IMG/VR virus record: IMGVR_UViG_3300037313_000833
Origin: a virus
DNA length: 64,000 bases
Reading direction: 5' to 3' (one strand)
The notes beneath the pieces were generated by a model. It ran no database searches and was not told where the DNA came from. It saw nothing but the letters and a program-made list of their open reading frames with translations. Positions 46,935-54,570 of the stretch are shown piece by piece. A program made the position numbers and the translations under genes. Within the stretch, counting starts at the first letter, position 1. Every line of letters begins with the position of its first letter.

Positions 46935-47432
46935 ATGGGACGAAAACTAACAGACCGGCAAGCGATAACGCTTCTGAAGGAAAAGCTCGAGAAAGCTGAG
47001 GCAAGTATCAGCTGTCTCTCGGAGTCAAACCGAGTTCATCAAGAGAATTATGCTTTTGTTGAGAGCGAGCGCAAGCGACTCGAGCTGGAACTCGATGAGA
47101 CTCAAGGGGCCCTTCAAGAATGGACTAGCCTTGCACGGAGCAAAGAGGAGGAACTGGGACGCCGTCTAGCTAGGCTCCAGGTTCTCGAGGAGAAGCTCAA
47201 GAACTCAATGGACGCTCAAGAGCGATACCGCGAAATGCTCCGCAAGCGCACAGACGCTCAGGCGCGCATGAGCCGGGAGATGTTCGAAGGACGACGCGCA
47301 AACATCGCGGCAACGCTTATGAGCACCATGAGCCGTGGTCTCTTTGGAGACTCAGCGCGTCAGAGAGCTGAGAAGGCTGTCCTCGAAGCTGACATCCTTC
47401 TTCAAAAACTTGGAATGAGGAGACCACAATGA
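46935..47432 (+). CDS. hypothetical coiled-coil protein
   Basis: GAAGGAGG before the ATG. Confidence 0.7.
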   Translation: MGRKLTDRQAITLLKEKLEKAEASISCLSESNRVHQENYAFVESERKRLELELDETQGALQEWTSLARSKEEELGRRLARLQVLEEKLKNSMDAQERYREMLRKRTDAQARMSREMFEGRRANIAATLMSTMSRGLFGDSARQRAEKAVLEADILLQKLGMRRPQ

Positions 47433-47680
47433 TCACTGGAATCGTTCAAGTACCTATGGACTTAAACGCAACGATGGATCAGATCGAACTCGGATTCATC
47501 TCAGAAGCCCTGAAGCGTTCGGACTTCAGCAAGACGAAGGCCGCAAAGCTCTTGGGCATCAACCGCACCACGCTGATCCAAAAGCTTAAGAAGCATGGCA
47601 TCCCACTCAACGCTCCAGTCCAGAAGGGCCGCGCAAACATCCGAGTGACCCCGGTGCTTCCACCATGGAGGTCCACATGA
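47429..47680 (+). CDS. Fis-type HTH DNA-binding protein
   Basis: ISEALKRSDFSKTKAAKLLGINRTTLIQKLKKHGI matches the Fis/NtrC C-terminal HTH. Confidence 0.7.
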   Translation: MITGIVQVPMDLNATMDQIELGFISEALKRSDFSKTKAAKLLGINRTTLIQKLKKHGIPLNAPVQKGRANIRVTPVLPPWRST

Positions 47681-48027
47681 GCAACGCCACATATGGTTAC
47701 TTGTACATTGCGAGCTTTGTGATCATCACCCTAGCTCTACTCGGCGACAAGAGTGAGGATCGTCCCTTTGCTCAGATCACAGCTCTAATCCCGTTCCTGA
47801 ACGTCGTATTCGCGATCCCGATGGCTTATGAGCTGATCAAGCGGATCGCGATCAGCAAAGGTCGCTGCACCTTCGGACATCACATGGTCAGGAGCTACAG
47901 CTCCGAGGAAGTAAAGAATCGGGCGAGACGTGCAGGGGTTCCGCTCCTATGCTCAATTGCGGGCATTGAGGACTATAAATGCACCCGATGCCCAGGTGAA
48001 CAAACCATAACGTGGAAGGCGTTTTGA
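47677..48027 (+). CDS. membrane protein
   Basis: ATGA coupling; two hydrophobic helices; C-terminal CxxC. Confidence 0.6.
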   Translation: MSNATYGYLYIASFVIITLALLGDKSEDRPFAQITALIPFLNVVFAIPMAYELIKRIAISKGRCTFGHHMVRSYSSEEVKNRARRAGVPLLCSIAGIEDYKCTRCPGEQTITWKAF

Positions 48028-48028
48028 T

Positions 48029-48295
48029 ATGAGAACCATTCAAGAAGCAAGTATCGAGGAACTGGAAGCGGCGATCGCTGAGAAGCGCAAGGCTCAGTAT
48101 GCGAATCGGATCGCACAGATCCATGAGACGACCGCTCTTCTCCACAAGATTGTAGACCAGCGGAAGCAAGTCAGGGACTACCTGAAGTCGCTGCTCTTCA
48201 TCCCAGAAGAATGTCCGAATAAACATCCACGTGATGAGTTTGGATACTATCCAAGCGACTGTGAACTCTGCTCCCTTCCGATCAGGCGCCCATGA
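48029..48295 (+). CDS. hypothetical protein
   Basis: Compact spacing with its neighbours. Confidence 0.6.
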   Translation: MRTIQEASIEELEAAIAEKRKAQYANRIAQIHETTALLHKIVDQRKQVRDYLKSLLFIPEECPNKHPRDEFGYYPSDCELCSLPIRRP

Positions 48296-48600
48296 ACAAC
48301 CCAAGACATAGAATCCTTACGCATTCTGATCTGAGCTGTGCTCCCGTGGATGAGATGGGGGAGTGTATTGAAGAAATGCATGTGACTGCAAGAAAGCTTA
48401 TTGCAATCCATGATCAGATCAGTAAGGTAATAAAGAGAGCGAGGCCCTATGCAATTCACAGCCACATGCAACCGCTGCAAAAAGCAAGTCGCGATGCCAG
48501 TGTCGTCCATGAGCAAGGACGTGTTCAGGGATTGGGACGAAGCGAAGGCGGAGCACATCAAGAACTGCACAGCGAAAATCCTGACCATTGGGGAGCTTAG
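48292..48600 (+). CDS. hypothetical protein (3' half doubtful)
   Basis: ATGA-coupled start. After about codon 52 the sequence is low-quality (H/Q/G/R rich) and overlaps the next ORF by 152 nt. Confidence 0.35.
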   Translation: MNNPRHRILTHSDLSCAPVDEMGECIEEMHVTARKLIAIHDQISKVIKRARPYAIHSHMQPLQKASRDASVVHEQGRVQGLGRSEGGAHQELHSENPDHWGA

Positions 48601-48760
48601 GAAAGCGCTCGAGGGTTTGCCTGATGGTGGAGAGGTACTCATCCCCACGAAGGGCGTCCTATGGAACGCGACTGGCTTTGAAGTGAGCTTCTTCACATCG
48701 AAGGAGAATAAGCACATCAAGCTTCTCTCTGATCTCCAGGATGAGGACGTGAAGTCATGA
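48449..48760 (+). CDS. hypothetical protein
   Basis: GAGCGAGG before the ATG. Protein-like composition. Its stop is ATGA-coupled to the next gene. Confidence 0.6.
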   Translation: MQFTATCNRCKKQVAMPVSSMSKDVFRDWDEAKAEHIKNCTAKILTIGELRKALEGLPDGGEVLIPTKGVLWNATGFEVSFFTSKENKHIKLLSDLQDEDVKS

Positions 48761-49023
48761 ACGGGATGAGACGCGGTCGGTTAGGCATGTCATCTGCGAT
48801 CATGGCGATGATCCTTGCTGGTCAGGTTGACATGCTGGGTCTGCTAGGTGATACTGGACTGGGAAGGTCAGCAACCGACGAAGAGATCAGGTTCCTGAAA
48901 ACCCTGAGCGGTACGCCTTACCGGATCTGGGCTAGGCGTGTTGCAAGAGGGCTTACCCCAAGCGAGACGGAGTACATCCGTGAAAGGCTGAAGGAGCATG
49001 TCGAGACAACTCGGGACGCTTAA
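48757..49023 (+). CDS. hypothetical protein
   Basis: ATGA coupling. Confidence 0.6.
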   Translation: MNGMRRGRLGMSSAIMAMILAGQVDMLGLLGDTGLGRSATDEEIRFLKTLSGTPYRIWARRVARGLTPSETEYIRERLKEHVETTRDA

Positions 49024-49429
49024 ATGGTTCAATAAAACCCGCGGGTATGGATTCATCATTCCCGATGAGGGCGAGAAGCGCGACATCTTTGTGAGCTTCA
49101 AGTGGATTGAGGGCTGGCGCAAGCTCTTGTTTGAAGGCGAGCGTCTGGAGTTTGAGATCGAAGAGGGTCCGACTGGACCGCTCGCAAAACATGTAACCAA
49201 AGTCAAGGAGATCAATATGGGACGAACAATGAAGCAGAACTGGACAAAGACAGCGGATAACACCTGGAGCTGTACAGCTCACCGGGGATACACGGCTCAA
49301 GTCGTTTACTCAGCCGGTGTCGGTTACACGCTCACCATTACGGGAACTGGAGCGCCAGCCGCGGTTGCGTATACCACGCTGAAGCTCGCGAAAGCAGCGT
49401 TCTCGAAGTTCTTGAGGACGAAGTCATGA
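48998..49429 (+). CDS. cold-shock-domain protein fused to a C-terminal extension
   Basis: GTLKWFNKTRGYGFIIPDEGEKRDIFVSF (CspA RNP motifs), followed by about 70 unrelated residues in the same frame. Confidence 0.75.
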   Translation: MSRQLGTLKWFNKTRGYGFIIPDEGEKRDIFVSFKWIEGWRKLLFEGERLEFEIEEGPTGPLAKHVTKVKEINMGRTMKQNWTKTADNTWSCTAHRGYTAQVVYSAGVGYTLTITGTGAPAAVAYTTLKLAKAAFSKFLRTKS

Positions 49430-49656
49430 TGGTCGCTGGACCTAAGTTTTATCATTGTGAGGTCGGATACGAGGTTCGTCTCAAGGGAGGAAAGGACGTA
49501 TGGATCATTACAAGCTACGACGCTTGCGGATCAGACGGACACCGATATGTCACGATCACTCATAAAGTGAGTGAGGTCTCTGTAGCATTAAATAGTAAGA
49601 AGCTTGGACCTGCACGCAAACCAAGGGTGAAGTCATGCCATACGATCCAGAACTAG
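49426..49656 (+). CDS. hypothetical protein
   Basis: ATGATG coupling. Confidence 0.6.
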   Translation: MMVAGPKFYHCEVGYEVRLKGGKDVWIITSYDACGSDGHRYVTITHKVSEVSVALNSKKLGPARKPRVKSCHTIQN

Positions 49657-49811
49657 ATAGGTACTTGGAGAGGCGGGAAAGGTTTCGTGCGAGAGTGAAG
49701 CATGAACTGGTTCAGTTCTTGGGCTGTCTCATTGCGTCCGCCGCGGTAGGGCTTGCCGTGTTCACAGTCCTGACTGTATTGTTCTACGCGGCAAAGGGTA
49801 TCGCGAAATAA
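49635..49811 (+). CDS. 58-aa single-pass membrane protein (below the track cutoff)
   Basis: MPYDPELDRYLERRERF...LGCLIASAAVGLAVFTVLTVLFYAAKGIAK. Ends just before the hairpin at 49816. Confidence 0.5.
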   Translation: MPYDPELDRYLERRERFRARVKHELVQFLGCLIASAAVGLAVFTVLTVLFYAAKGIAK

Positions 49812-49815
49812 GAAA

Positions 49816-49843
49816 AGCCGGGAATCATCCTGATAACCCGGCT
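49816..49843. terminator. hairpin between convergent genes (better T-run for the minus-strand gene)
   Basis: AGCCGGG / CCCGGCT with a 14-nt loop. The minus-strand reading is followed by TTTTCTTATTT. Confidence 0.5.
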
Positions 49844-49857
49844 CTCTTAAACCCAGA

Positions 49858-50094
49858 TTAAGCTTTTGGAGTCGTGTCGGTAGTTGTTACCGCTGGCGTC
49901 TCCACAGCTTGAGGCTGGGGTTTAAATTGCTCCACGAAGGTCATGATCAGGGTGCGGACAAGGCCGTACCACGTATTCGCCTTGATGCTGTCGGTTTCCG
50001 ACATGACCGTTTGAGCGATCAAAAGAAGAAGGAGAATAGCGTTCATCACGCTGAAGTTATGAACTACGTTCGTAAGAGCTGTTTGAATATCCAT
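49858..50094 (-). CDS. small membrane protein
   Basis: Hydrophobic NAILLLLLIAQTVM. A minus-strand motif copy lies upstream at 50154-68. Confidence 0.6.
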   Translation of the reverse strand: MDIQTALTNVVHNFSVMNAILLLLLIAQTVMSETDSIKANTWYGLVRTLIMTFVEQFKPQPQAVETPAVTTTDTTPKA

Positions 50095-50153
50095 TGTTTG
50101 ATTCCTTTCATGAAAGCGCGCCGATCATTGACGCGTGAATCTATAGTAAATGC

Positions 50154-50168
50154 GTTTAGCGTTACCGC
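50154..50168 (-). promoter_or_regulatory. GCGGTAACGCTAAAC element on the minus strand
   Basis: The reverse complement reads ATAGTTATTGCGGTAACGCTAAACG; compare 54517-46. It lies upstream of minus gene 50094. Confidence 0.45.
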
Positions 50169-50234
50169 AATAACTATTTGAAGTCGCTCGCTTAAAAAAT
50201 GTCAGAAGTGACACAATTGCGGAAATCTCCCGGT

Positions 50235-50250
50235 GCGGTAAGCTCTAATC
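50235..50250 (+). promoter_or_regulatory. GCGGTAAGCTCTAATC element
   Basis: Preceded by TCTCCCGGT, as at 18267; ATG 50251 follows directly. Confidence 0.4.
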
Positions 50251-50388
50251 ATGAGCAAGTTTGAATATAAGACGGTTGATACGAGTACGCTGAAAGGCCT
50301 GAAGGAAGCTGAGAAGCTTCACATGAGCGGATGGAAAATGATCCGTGTGGGTTTGTTCAGTATCCTGTTCGAGCGCAAGAAAAAGTAA
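50251..50388 (+). CDS. possible 45-aa protein
   Basis: MSKFEYKTVDTSTLKGLKEAEKLHMSGWKMIRVGLFSILFERKKK. No SD is visible. Confidence 0.4.
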   Translation: MSKFEYKTVDTSTLKGLKEAEKLHMSGWKMIRVGLFSILFERKKK

Positions 50389-50417
50389 TTGACTGACGGT
50401 AACAACTACCGCAAACT
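50389..50417 (+). promoter_or_regulatory. TTGACT-N17-CAAACT promoter-like site
   Basis: The leader CAAACTGACAAAGAAGGAG parallels the nrdJ leader. Confidence 0.45.
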
Positions 50418-50433
50418 GACAAAGAAGGAGAGA

Positions 50434-50709
50434 ATGATGAAGGACGTAAAAGAGATTCAGCTGGGATCGGAAGTGATGGACCTAGTGACAGGCTTCAAGG
50501 GGATCGCGATGGGACGCACACTCTTCTTGAACGGTTGCGCGCGCATCGGTGTTCAACCCCCAATGGATAAGGACGGCAAGATCCCAGATGCTCAATGGTT
50601 CGACGAACCACAGCTCAAGGTCTTGAAAGAGGGAAAGGTGAAAGTGGGATCGCGTGATACAGGCGGCCCATGTCCTTCCACTCCACAACGTCGAAAGGAC
50701 TACAAGTAA
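50434..50709 (+). CDS. hypothetical protein
   Basis: AAGGAGAGA before ATGATG. Confidence 0.65.
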   Translation: MMKDVKEIQLGSEVMDLVTGFKGIAMGRTLFLNGCARIGVQPPMDKDGKIPDAQWFDEPQLKVLKEGKVKVGSRDTGGPCPSTPQRRKDYK

Positions 50710-51079
50710 ACCAAGTTCCGACAGGCACCCGCTGAAAGTCTCGGATAAAAGTTATCGGTCTGAGAGTCTGTCGGTTAAGTTCCAATACCCTGACCCAAAG
50801 GATGCAAAGTAAGAGTCGAAATGGGGTAACGCCCGGACTCCCAAACGGTCGCGAGTAGGTGCATGGTGCGGAAGTCGAAAACCTGGACACTAAAGCAGGT
50901 GGGTAGTAGTCGCCCTGTACGCGCCTTTCCGGTTGGGCGCAAGAGATTGCAAACTGGACCCGGCGGGGGATAACCCGTAAAGGAGAGGGCTTAGCGGCCC
51001 CGGTGAAAAGGCGAAAGGCTCGATGCATAGGGCCCTAGCAACGGTTCCGAATGGAGCCTCCCACTCCGCCGGTTCATAT
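50710..51079 (+). ncRNA. candidate structured RNA upstream of the tRNA (unclassified)
   Basis: 370 nt, GC-rich, with no credible ORF. Helices at 50718-24/50768-74 and 50921-25/50936-40. Direct repeats AAGTTCC x2 and AGTCGAAA x2. Confidence 0.25.
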
Positions 51080-51155
51080 GTTGAGGTAGCTCAGCGAAGA
51101 GCGCCGGGATTCCAGCCCGGAGGTCGTGTGGTTCAAGTCCACACCCTCAACTCCA
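51080..51155 (+). tRNA. tRNA-Gly (anticodon UCC), slightly non-canonical
   Basis: Acceptor GTTGAGG/CCTCAAC. U8-A9. D arm GCTC-AGCGAA-GAGC. Anticodon arm CCGGG-AUUCCAG-CCCGG with U33 and A37. T arm GTGTGG-TTCAAGT-CCACAC. Discriminator U plus an encoded CCA. Confidence 0.75.
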
Positions 51156-51272
51156 ATTTCGAACCGGCTCTCAGGAGTACCGGGCGGTCCGAGAAGGCCG
51201 GGTTGTCGCAAGACGCCCCTCGGGAAGCGAACTGGGCGCGAACGTGGCGTTTGGGACTCCTCGGTTTTATAG

Positions 51273-51302
51273 TTGACAACAATTGTCGGTAAGCCTTAAC
51301 GT
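51273..51302 (+). promoter_or_regulatory. ATAGTTGACA-N18-TAACGT promoter with TCGGTAAGCC in the spacer
   Basis: Read directly from the sequence; GGGAGGA and ATG 51321 follow. Confidence 0.55.
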
Positions 51303-51320
51303 CAGATCAGGGAGGAACGC

Positions 51321-51716
51321 ATGTTCAAGAACAAGTGTGAGAAGAAAGAAAACCACAAGCCTAAAGCGGAGAAGCCAGTTGTATCACCTCACGGCGTCGG
51401 TGAGATCGAAGCAGCTCTTCAGATCATTAACGACGCGTTGAAGACTGGACAGCTCCCACACAACGTACACGGCCGCGACGCAATGCTTTGTATCATCCCA
51501 TGCCCGGTGCCAACGAGTCCATTCGATGATCGTTACATCGGGTACATCCACAGCTTTGTCACCGTCATCGAGCCTAAGAACATCCGCTCATGGGAAGACA
51601 TCCAAGCTGAGCAACGTAAGCAGAAGGAAGACATGCTGCTCGCTGCAAAGAAGTCGCTTGCTGAAGCAGCGGACCGGGTTGAAACGCTTTCAAGAGAACT
51701 CGGGATCAGCTCATGA
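51321..51716 (+). CDS. hypothetical protein
   Basis: GGGAGGA before the ATG. Confidence 0.65.
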   Translation: MFKNKCEKKENHKPKAEKPVVSPHGVGEIEAALQIINDALKTGQLPHNVHGRDAMLCIIPCPVPTSPFDDRYIGYIHSFVTVIEPKNIRSWEDIQAEQRKQKEDMLLAAKKSLAEAADRVETLSRELGISS

Positions 51717-52045
51717 GCGAGCGTCCTAAGTTCGTCAAGATCAAAGCTAAGCTAGGCGATGGATCGCCTAGATCTGCGATGCGATTGACGGGTAATACCA
51801 AGTATTACAGAGACGCAGGGAACTGGGAGATCGGCTCAAAGTTTATTAACGGGAAGCTTGTATCTATCGGTCCTCTTGATCATTGGGAGGTTCGTCAGGA
51901 TAAGAACGGACACTGGAAACAGTTTGTCAGAGAGAAGCCTGTCCACATGGAACATCTCCATGAGTGTGAGCTGGTTCCTTGCACATACGAAGAATGGCTC
52001 GAGGATAACGGAGAGTACGCACCGAAAGGAGTTCAACGTGAATAA
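51713..52045 (+). CDS. hypothetical protein
   Basis: ATGA coupling. Confidence 0.6.
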   Translation: MSERPKFVKIKAKLGDGSPRSAMRLTGNTKYYRDAGNWEIGSKFINGKLVSIGPLDHWEVRQDKNGHWKQFVREKPVHMEHLHECELVPCTYEEWLEDNGEYAPKGVQRE

Positions 52046-52337
52046 CGTGGTATCGCTTAAAGACTGGAAAGAGAAGAGAACCGAACAGATTGATCTGTAC
52101 CGTTATGAGATCGAGCTGATGGGTATGGACAAGCTCGAGCTTCTTGAGGAGATGGTACGCTTTCAAGAGCTTAGAGGAAAGCAGCGTGACGTTTGTGGTG
52201 AGCACATTCCACCTGAGACCATTGAGCGGGGCCTGATTTTATTCAAACAGCTTAAGAAAAACGCCGAGACGCCTGAGCTTGAAACGCTTTGCGCGTCTTA
52301 CTTGAAGTCCCTCGAAGCGAAGAAAGGTTCCGCATGA
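52038..52337 (+). CDS. hypothetical protein
   Basis: AAAGGAG before GTG 52038. Confidence 0.55.
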   Translation: MNNVVSLKDWKEKRTEQIDLYRYEIELMGMDKLELLEEMVRFQELRGKQRDVCGEHIPPETIERGLILFKQLKKNAETPELETLCASYLKSLEAKKGSA

Positions 52338-52582
52338 CAATGAACGAACTGAAAAAGATGTGCGCTGAGACGCGCGCCCAAGGTGGATCAAGCCTTTACC
52401 TGAAGGTTAACCAGACTAGGGCCCCAAGAAACCCACGTGTACGAGTCGCTGGCTTTGGTAATGGAACCATCGTCAACTGGAACCAGCTTCCGGACGGCTC
52501 TTACGATCTCACGTGCATGTTCAAGCTCTCAACGGTTGAGAAGAACATCGCAAAGCATGAGATGGGAGTTAAGTTTAAATGA
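52334..52582 (+). CDS. hypothetical protein
   Basis: ATGA coupling at MTMNELKK. Confidence 0.6.
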   Translation: MTMNELKKMCAETRAQGGSSLYLKVNQTRAPRNPRVRVAGFGNGTIVNWNQLPDGSYDLTCMFKLSTVEKNIAKHEMGVKFK

Positions 52583-52767
52583 ACGATTGGAAAGAAGCAC
52601 GGATCGCACAGCTTGAGCGTCAGCGGTTTCTCTTACAAACCAAGCTCAAGGAAATCGACACTGAAGTCAGTAAGATAAGGGAGCTTCAAGTATTGGAGCG
52701 TCCAAACATCCTCATCAAGAAAAGGGACGACGATGACTCGATACGAGATCGCGCAACATCTCGCTAA
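52579..52767 (+). CDS. hypothetical small protein
   Basis: ATGA coupling. Confidence 0.5.
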   Translation: MNDWKEARIAQLERQRFLLQTKLKEIDTEVSKIRELQVLERPNILIKKRDDDDSIRDRATSR

Positions 52768-53119
52768 CATGAAATACAAGCCGGGCGTCACGTTCGGCGT
52801 GCGGCAAGGCTATGGGCTCGATGTTCTCGAGATCTGGATTCAAGCGTATGTGGATGATGCGCTTTATGTTCCAAGTCCAGCGAACCCGAATTACCCAAAG
52901 ATTCCGCTAAGGCTCGCCGAATGCGTACCGCCTTATGTGGTAACGCTTGCCGCTCTCAAAGAGTTCATGAGATACTTGTTTCGTAAGCTCGAGAACCATG
53001 AGGTTGACGAATGGTTCAAGTACGATGGGGAGTGTGTGACTGATCCACACCCCGAATTTAAATATGGAGATCTTGGAGATGACTCTAGCACTACTGCAAC
53101 AACTAATCGATCTCGGTAA
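52733..53119 (+). CDS. hypothetical protein
   Basis: ORF with protein-like composition. Confidence 0.6.
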   Translation: MTRYEIAQHLANMKYKPGVTFGVRQGYGLDVLEIWIQAYVDDALYVPSPANPNYPKIPLRLAECVPPYVVTLAALKEFMRYLFRKLENHEVDEWFKYDGECVTDPHPEFKYGDLGDDSSTTATTNRSR

Positions 53120-53297
53120 ACGGGACGGCGCTGGCTTCCACATGGAACCAGATAACTCCGGCTTGGGAGATATGCGTCTCTCCATTGGAGACTGGGCGTG
53201 GATCACTCGAGCCCCACTCACTGATGAGCAGCTCATAGACGCGCTGATCTCAGCAAGCGTTCACATCGAACTGAAGAAAAGGACGAAGTACGAATGA
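53064..53297 (+). CDS. hypothetical small protein
   Basis: The stop is ATGA-coupled to the next gene; the start is uncertain. Confidence 0.45.
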   Translation: MEILEMTLALLQQLIDLGKRDGAGFHMEPDNSGLGDMRLSIGDWAWITRAPLTDEQLIDALISASVHIELKKRTKYE

Positions 53298-54061
53298 CAC
53301 TGAAGTCAAGAATCGGGAATGGATACCTAGATAAGAACAGCCTTGTGTGTCCCAAACGGGATACAGGCTCAAACAATGGCGTGATGTATAGCGGGGAGTT
53401 CTTGTGGCTTCTCGTTAAGAATCAAGAGATGCGTCCTGAGATCGTAAGTCAATGGGCTGTGATCTTAGATCGCTGCTTTAAAGAGCCGGGGCTTCTCATG
53501 CGCTCACCGGATAATGCAGGTGGACAGGAAGGTCCGGATGATTATCTGGGCGTTTGTCTCGCTGCAAAGGCCATGAACGAAGGGATCAAAGGCAAGCCCT
53601 ACAGCGTTGCGATTGGAAACCACATCCTCCGCTATGGGCTCAAACACTTCGGCTTCTTCCGAAACGACCCCGGCGCATCGACATTCGGTCCGTTCCTATG
53701 GCGCCAGCCCCAGCTCATCGCCGCGGCTTTCAGTGTGGCTGTAGGTCCATGGTATAGCAGATTGCTATATTTCATCCTAAGCCGTCCGTTCATGTGGTAC
53801 ACAGCCGCGGTTATCTTTTTCGCGTGCCGCGGGAAGTTCGATGGCACGGACCCATGGCGTCTCACCTGGATCTTGATCCAGCTCACCGAGGATAAATCGT
53901 GGCTGTGTAAGTGGGCCGTGAAGGGCTGGTACTACCGCCTTGCGTGCCGCTTTGGATACCCCGGCATGTGTCTAGTCGCTCGAGACTACTATGAGCCTGA
54001 TCATCCCTTCGCGACTTATCATGAGCGTGCAGACCGCACCTACCTTGGAGATAGATCATGA
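53294..54061 (+). CDS. hypothetical protein with C-terminal hydrophobic helices
   Basis: LIAAAFSVAVGPWYSRLLYFIL and FMWYTAAVIFFAC. Confidence 0.65.
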   Translation: MTLKSRIGNGYLDKNSLVCPKRDTGSNNGVMYSGEFLWLLVKNQEMRPEIVSQWAVILDRCFKEPGLLMRSPDNAGGQEGPDDYLGVCLAAKAMNEGIKGKPYSVAIGNHILRYGLKHFGFFRNDPGASTFGPFLWRQPQLIAAAFSVAVGPWYSRLLYFILSRPFMWYTAAVIFFACRGKFDGTDPWRLTWILIQLTEDKSWLCKWAVKGWYYRLACRFGYPGMCLVARDYYEPDHPFATYHERADRTYLGDRS

Positions 54062-54288
54062 AAGACTTTATTGTTGAACTTCATTTCGCAGGGAACCTCA
54101 TCTTGACCCGTCTTACATCAGCGGAAACCGAAGCCATGGCGATCAGTAACGTCATGGAGACGAGACTGTTTTACGGCTTCAATGGCTTTTACTATCCACG
54201 GCATTCAATCGTGAAAGCGAGGGCGTATGAGGAGAAAAGCGAAGACGAATCAGGAAAAAAGGGCCGAGACCTCGCTTCAGCGTGCTGA
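54058..54288 (+). CDS. hypothetical small protein
   Basis: ATGA coupling. Confidence 0.55.
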   Translation: MKDFIVELHFAGNLILTRLTSAETEAMAISNVMETRLFYGFNGFYYPRHSIVKARAYEEKSEDESGKKGRDLASAC

Positions 54289-54520
54289 GCGGATCGCGCC
54301 GAACTTCGAGTTCGTCATCTCCTGTCGCAAGTTCTACACTGAGCGCGGCTTCCTAAGCGACAAACAAGTCAAGGCCCTGGATTCCATTCAGGAACGTGGA
54401 TACCGCATGGGCGTGGATCTCAGTCGGATCTTTGGGGATGGAAGCTGTCCGAATGGCCTCTTTGACTTTGAGGACGATTGGGACTTTGACGGTTTCGATC
54501 CCACGGATCTTTACGATTGA
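54227..54520 (+). CDS. hypothetical small acidic protein
   Basis: Its TGA stop lies inside the TTGACA hexamer of the next promoter. Confidence 0.5.
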   Translation: MRRKAKTNQEKRAETSLQRAERIAPNFEFVISCRKFYTERGFLSDKQVKALDSIQERGYRMGVDLSRIFGDGSCPNGLFDFEDDWDFDGFDPTDLYD

Positions 54521-54546
54521 CAGCGTGACGCGGTAACGCTTAACAT
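54517..54546 (+). promoter_or_regulatory. TTGACA-N18-TAACAT promoter with GCGGTAACGC in the spacer
   Basis: Read directly from the sequence; AAAGGAGA and ATG 54571 follow. Confidence 0.6.
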
Positions 54547-54570
54547 CAAACCAGACAAAGGAGATCAGGT

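Noticed and set aside
50710-51155. tmRNA, RNase P RNA or group I intron interpretation of the tRNA-flanking sequence
   Set aside because: The tRNA has a complete anticodon arm, so it is not a tmRNA tRNA-like domain. I could not find a tag ORF, the RNase P GGAAAGUCCGGGC / ACAGAACCCGGCUUA boxes, or group I P/Q/R/S core elements. The tRNA is not interrupted.
51080-51155. tRNA as an attP/integration site marking a prophage end
   Set aside because: The tRNA is full length. No integrase, excisionase or duplicated tRNA 3' fragment is present in the window.
50615-51292. ORFs 50615-51028 (minus strand) and 51023-51292 (+ strand)
   Set aside because: They overlap the tRNA and its GC-rich flanks, have no SD, and have Arg/Pro/Gly-rich composition typical of non-coding GC-rich sequence.
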